From: Granulosicoccaceae bacterium
GTDB lineage: Bacteria; Pseudomonadota; Gammaproteobacteria; Granulosicoccales; Granulosicoccaceae
Length of the DNA: 64,000 bases
Assembly (NCBI GenBank): GCA_965214025.1
Contig: CBDCAW010000008.1
Span: 4,434 to 68,433 of the forward strand
Direction of reading: 5' to 3'
The stretch's first letter is position 1; every line of letters starts with the position of its first letter. Position numbers and translations under genes: made by a program. A model generated the notes under the pieces. It did no database searches. It saw nothing but the letters and a program-made list of their open reading frames with translations, and was not told the origin of the DNA. Positions 59,873-64,000 of this stretch are shown piece after piece.

Positions 59873-61034
59873 GGGCAGGTTTTGGAAACTGCAGAGTGAA
59901 CGCGGTGCCCACCACCCCGTCGGATTCCACGCTGATCGTTCCTCCATGGGCGAGAACGACATGACGGATCAACGCCAGGCCGAGTCCGGAGCCCGGGTAG
60001 TCTTTGTCGAGATTCAAGCGTTTGAAGACCCTGAAGACCATCTCGTGATACTCAGGCCGAATGCCGATGCCGTCATCCGACACAATGATCTCGACGGTTT
60101 CGTCCCACTCGGTGCCTCTCACGCGGATGGTTGGCGGCTTGCCGGGCGAGTGAAATTTCATCGCGTTGGAGAGAAGGTTCTGGAAGAGCATCCGACATTG
60201 CGTCGGCCTGACACAGAGATGCGGGAGTTCGTCGACAGAGAATCGGGCACCTGTGTGAGCCTGATCTTCCTGAAGAGTGTTGATGGCGTCACCGACGAGC
60301 GAGTTCAGGTCGATCCAGACTGGTGTCTCCGCAGAGTGTAACGATTGGCTGTAAGTGGCGATGTCCACGATCAGACGATCTGCCAGGTTCAGCGTCGCAG
60401 AGGCGACCGACAGCAGCTCTCTCGTCTCGGGATCGGCATTGATGCTGCACTCGGGAATCAGCTCGTTGTGGATGTACTGCAGGGTGGCCACGGGAGATCT
60501 CAGGTCGTGCGACAAGGCATAGCAGAAATCGCTTTGCTCTCGTTGCAAGATCACTCGTTGCTGCATCTCGTATCTCAGACGAATGGCATCCGTCACACAT
60601 TCCGCCAGGCGTTCGAGCATGTCGACAGACGTCTCATTCCAGGCACGTGGCTTTGTCTCGATCACGCAAAGCGCAGCGATCGGTCTGTTGAGAGGGTCCC
60701 TGACAGGCACTCCGAGATAGGCTTCCACATTCAGATCCGTGATCGCGGGGTTATCCCGCACCAGTGCATGCTTCCGCGCATCATCAACGGCCAACGGCCG
60801 GTTTAGATAGACCACATGCTTGCAGAACGAATGGGACAGCGGTGTCTCGCGAGCCTCCGCGCAGGGCCCCGTAAAGCCCGTCATGCTCTTGAAGTACTGT
60901 CGATCCTTCTCGCGCTGCACGAAGGACAACAGCGAGATCTCGGCGTCGAGCATCTGGGATGCAAGCGCGGTCAGATTGTCGAACAGCGATTCCGAGGGGG
61001 AGTCGACCAGTTCGAGGGCCTCGAGAGAAAACAT
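59865..61034 (-). CDS. cytoplasmic GAF-domain histidine kinase
   Basis: FD.LT.LA, ETPLSHSFC.HV, AYLGVP, LSHDLRSP, NLLSNAMKF, DDGIGI, GSGLGL. Confidence 0.93.
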   Translation of the reverse strand: MFSLEALELVDSPSESLFDNLTALASQMLDAEISLLSFVQREKDRQYFKSMTGFTGPCAEARETPLSHSFCKHVVYLNRPLAVDDARKHALVRDNPAITDLNVEAYLGVPVRDPLNRPIAALCVIETKPRAWNETSVDMLERLAECVTDAIRLRYEMQQRVILQREQSDFCYALSHDLRSPVATLQYIHNELIPECSINADPETRELLSVASATLNLADRLIVDIATYSQSLHSAETPVWIDLNSLVGDAINTLQEDQAHTGARFSVDELPHLCVRPTQCRMLFQNLLSNAMKFHSPGKPPTIRVRGTEWDETVEIIVSDDGIGIRPEYHEMVFRVFKRLNLDKDYPGSGLGLALIRHVVLAHGGTISVESDGVVGTAFTLQFPKPAHE

Positions 61035-61313
61035 GCGTGTGTGCCTGTCCGTCTTGTCGAAGACCTTCTACCGAGGCCCCGAAATACTACTTGCGGCTCA
61101 AAGGTGACTATCGACTCCACAGACGTCTGCTTTAATGGTACTTCGAACATCTCGACAGGCAGGATCGGAAGATCGTGAGGTGCGTCGGCATCAATCCGCA
61201 CCTTCACGAGCGCAGTTTGAAAAAGGATCGCGGGTAGACTTGATGGAAAACCGTCGACCGCCACCCGCAGCGTGTTGTCATCATCGTGAACCTTTGCGAA
61301 CGGGCCACGCCGC

Positions 61314-63104
61314 TCAGAGCGGCGGCAGGCCGGACGTTCGATACCCACGACGCCTGCGCGATCCGCGTACGCCTTCGCGTTCAGCGGCGACCGGCACGAG
61401 CGCCGCGCCGAGCGCGTCGGCAAGCGCTACCGGCGTCATCGTCCCGGGCGCGGAGGCTGGCCCGTCGAGCGCACCACGCCCGTACAGCTGGGCGTCGAGC
61501 GCGACGAGCGCGGCGGCCAGATCACGCGATTCCAGACGGGCCGCCAGTGTCGGAAGCCCACGCGGCGGATCGCGCCGCCAGCGCAGCGCCGCCAGACGGA
61601 GGGCCGCACGGGCCAGCGCCGCCGGGGCACCCCGGCGCGCGGCTTCGCGCAGCGCGGTGCTGGCCGACGCATGGCTGGTCGCCGGCGCGTCGCGCGCCGT
61701 CGACGGCAACAGCCCGGAGAGCCTCGCCCGTTGCCGCCACATTACGACGAGCGCAACAGCCATGGCGAGCCCGCCGATCGCGACCACCGCGACCACGCGG
61801 CGCCACCGGCGGTCGTCGTCGGGCATCGCCGGGCCCGTCGCCGGCTCGACGGCATCAACGGGTCTTGCTCCGCCGCCCGGCGCACCTCCGACAGCGGGCC
61901 CGACATCTGTGGAGGATCCGACGGTCGGGCTGGGGGCCGCAAACTCGCCCGGGTCTGATCCGGATCGCCTTGAGGGTGCCACCTGCAGTGTCTCGGCCGG
62001 CAACACGGCGGTGCGCGTCACGCCGGCCGTGGTGTCAAACCAGACCACCTCGAGCGCCGGCAACTCGACAGTGCCAGGGTGCTCGGGAATGATCGACTGC
62101 GCAGTCCGATGCTCGGCGACAAAGCCGTCGCCGGTCTCGATCGATGCGCTTTCGGGCGCGTCGGCGTACACGGCTGCGCCGCCCACGTGCACGTCCGGCA
62201 GCGCCGGCAGCTGTTCGGCGCGCACGCCCTCGGCACGCAGCGTTACCGCGCGCGTCAGCGGTTCACCGGCATGTGCGACCTTGCCACCCGGCCAGTCCAC
62301 CGCAAGCGTCACCCCCCGGGCCGGCAACCACCAGCCTGCGCCACCCGGGGGGCGGGAGCGCACGTCGAGCCGGATGGGTGGCGCGCGACGCGCGACCCGG
62401 GGCGATGGCAGCTTGCGTGCGCGATCCGGATCGCTCCGTAGCTGCACCTCGAGCGTGGGCGGCTTCAACATTACCCTCCCGCTCGCCTGGGGAAAGATCG
62501 CGTACCGGCGCTCCACCACGTCGTACATCCGCCCGTCGCGCCCACGCCTTTCTCGTCGGTTGTCCCCGATAGGTTCGATCACGAGATCAGACCCCATCGG
62601 CTCACCGAGCTTCGCGTCGACCACGTCCACTCCGACCCAGGCCCACACTGTGAGCAGGGTCTGAGATTGCACCCAGGGGGCCGGTTCGTCCACCTCGGCC
62701 TCGACGAACACGTCGCGCTCGGCACCGACCTGCGCCTCGACGACCTCCAGCGTCAGGCGATCGCTCGCGATTTGCCCGATGCGAACCGGTGGCACCGTGA
62801 GCAGCCCGGTCGAGCGCGGCGCAAGCTCGAGCACGATGGTCGAGACGAGGCCGCGCCGCCCGGCGACGATCTCAAGCCGGTCTGCGCGCGAGCGCTCGGT
62901 GACCTCGAACGTGCGCTCGAGCTCCACGGTATCGAGCGGCCCCGCGACGTCGAATGCCTCGATGGTCAGAAGCACGCTCGCGTCGAGCGGCACGCTCGAC
63001 GCGCCGAGCCGAGCCCGCAATTCGGCGGCAGCCGTCGCGCCGAACGGGGCGAGCAGCAGCGCGAGCACCAGTGCTCCTGTCAAAGTCCATCGCCTACCTC
63101 GCAC
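61314..63104 (-). CDS. batD: BatD-family protein
   Basis: Signal peptide, repeated Ig-like BatD units (L.PRSTG.L.VPP, VFVEAEV....PWVQ.Q, VVERRYAIFPQ.SG, WWLPAR.V.L, GEP.TR.V.L.A.G), late TM segment. Confidence 0.82.
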   Translation of the reverse strand: MRGRRWTLTGALVLALLLAPFGATAAAELRARLGASSVPLDASVLLTIEAFDVAGPLDTVELERTFEVTERSRADRLEIVAGRRGLVSTIVLELAPRSTGLLTVPPVRIGQIASDRLTLEVVEAQVGAERDVFVEAEVDEPAPWVQSQTLLTVWAWVGVDVVDAKLGEPMGSDLVIEPIGDNRRERRGRDGRMYDVVERRYAIFPQASGRVMLKPPTLEVQLRSDPDRARKLPSPRVARRAPPIRLDVRSRPPGGAGWWLPARGVTLAVDWPGGKVAHAGEPLTRAVTLRAEGVRAEQLPALPDVHVGGAAVYADAPESASIETGDGFVAEHRTAQSIIPEHPGTVELPALEVVWFDTTAGVTRTAVLPAETLQVAPSRRSGSDPGEFAAPSPTVGSSTDVGPAVGGAPGGGARPVDAVEPATGPAMPDDDRRWRRVVAVVAIGGLAMAVALVVMWRQRARLSGLLPSTARDAPATSHASASTALREAARRGAPAALARAALRLAALRWRRDPPRGLPTLAARLESRDLAAALVALDAQLYGRGALDGPASAPGTMTPVALADALGAALVPVAAEREGVRGSRRRRGYRTSGLPPL

Positions 63105-63155
63105 CTTCGCTCTCCACGGCGGCCACTCGGCCGACGATACATCACGCCGAATTGG

Positions 63156-63170
63156 TGTTACGCTATAACA
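63156..63170. promoter_or_regulatory. Zur box
   Basis: TGTTAC-GCT-ATAACA matches the TGTTAT-N3-ATAACA core and lies upstream of a zinc chaperone gene. Confidence 0.78.
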
Positions 63171-63274
63171 TTGCTAGAGCACTACCCGAGATCAAGTCGA
63201 GACCCTGAGTCGCACCAGACACTGACAGTGCCCGCTGGCAATACCCACTCACAATAATACGAGGACTCGTTTCC

Positions 63275-64000
63275 ATGCGTCACCCCCTTCGAACCACGGC
63301 AACCATCCTGGGTTTGTCGATGCTGCACACACAGGCCCATGCCGATGACATGCAGGGTAGCTGGAGACTGTTCGTCACCGATCACGGGACGTCCAAGATA
63401 ACAGCGCTGGACCTCGAAAAACCCAGCAACACCTGGACGTTCGAGGTCGAGGGTCCGGCCAAGCTGTACCCCTCGCCAACGGGTGAGACGGTCATCGCCG
63501 TGCAGATGGACGACGACCTCGTCTCCTTCATCGACACGGGGGTCGAACTGGACAGGCATAACGATCATGGCGACTTCAGCATGAATGAGCCTACACTGAT
63601 CGACCAAGAGCTGTCCGGGGATCGCCCGTTCCACGTGATCCTCCACGATGGCATGGTGACCACCAACTTCGATCAGGGTGGCTACACCGAGACGGTGGAG
63701 CTGAGCGACTTGCAGGACGGCGAGATCACACCTGTTCGCTTCGTCCAGAATCGGCCGCACCACGGCTACGCAACGCCGATGGGCGAGTTCATCATCAGTT
63801 CGGTGGCGTCGGACGAGAAGGTGGAGGACGATGAGCTGCCGCCACGGGTCGGACTTGCCGTTCACGATCAGAACGGCGCCGTGATCGGCGACGTGGCGAC
63901 CTGCACAGATCTGCACGGCGAAGCCTTCTCGGGCGAGTACCTCGCCACGGGATGTGTGGAAGGCGTGCTGACGCTGCGCGAGACGGACGGCCCTCCGGAG
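63275..64000 (+). CDS. aztD: zinc metallochaperone AztD-like beta-propeller, 3' truncated by the window
   Basis: Own translation: signal peptide, WRLFVTDH, RHNDHGD, PHHGYA, CTDLHGEAFSG..LATGC.EGVL. Open to base 64000. Confidence 0.8.
   Translation, partial: MRHPLRTTATILGLSMLHTQAHADDMQGSWRLFVTDHGTSKITALDLEKPSNTWTFEVEGPAKLYPSPTGETVIAVQMDDDLVSFIDTGVELDRHNDHGDFSMNEPTLIDQELSGDRPFHVILHDGMVTTNFDQGGYTETVELSDLQDGEITPVRFVQNRPHHGYATPMGEFIISSVASDEKVEDDELPPRVGLAVHDQNGAVIGDVATCTDLHGEAFSGEYLATGCVEGVLTLRETDGPPE

Noticed and set aside
61035-61313. Small gene or remnant between the GAF kinase and batD
   Set aside because: The overlapping ORFs show no recognisable motif or convincing start.

Overview
GC-rich proteobacterial chromosomal window that reads as a mosaic of accessory modules. 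The host cannot be assigned from sequence alone, and all comparisons below were made by eye. Left end: a Tus-like replication-terminus protein in a divergent pair with a hypothetical gene, sharing a motif-rich intergenic region, followed by small genes including a stand-alone protein resembling the C-terminal domain of the archaeo-eukaryotic primase large subunit. Next come tdh, a BLUF photoreceptor, an alanine/glycine:cation symporter, a strongly structured ~190-nt non-coding stretch, and a Fur-boxed, partly decayed haem locus. Then a truncated CPA1 antiporter, Zn-ADH, secreted SGNH hydrolase, enoyl-CoA hydratase, ABC exporter, polar amino-acid ABC importer, and a LysR/MttB-like/DMG-dehydrogenase-like cluster. 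The middle holds an aldo-keto reductase, Tat-signal katG, lipoprotein ggt, two HupE/UreJ genes, a GC-rich FAD-oxidoreductase/FGGY-kinase/ester-cyclase block and a TRAP transporter. The right part holds a C-P lyase locus (phnGHIJKL and phnCDEE) with a class-III aminotransferase and a C-N hydrolase between them and no phnM/N/F, a GAF-HK/RR/NarX-like-HK trio, an orphan batD, and a Zur-boxed aztD cut by the window end. Several gene remnants and simple-sequence repeats are present. I found no rRNA, tRNA, intact transposase/integrase or CRISPR array. Best novelty candidates: the Tus locus with its 3-copy motif and 16-bp inverted repeat, the PriL-CTD/PriX-like protein, and the modified phn operon.
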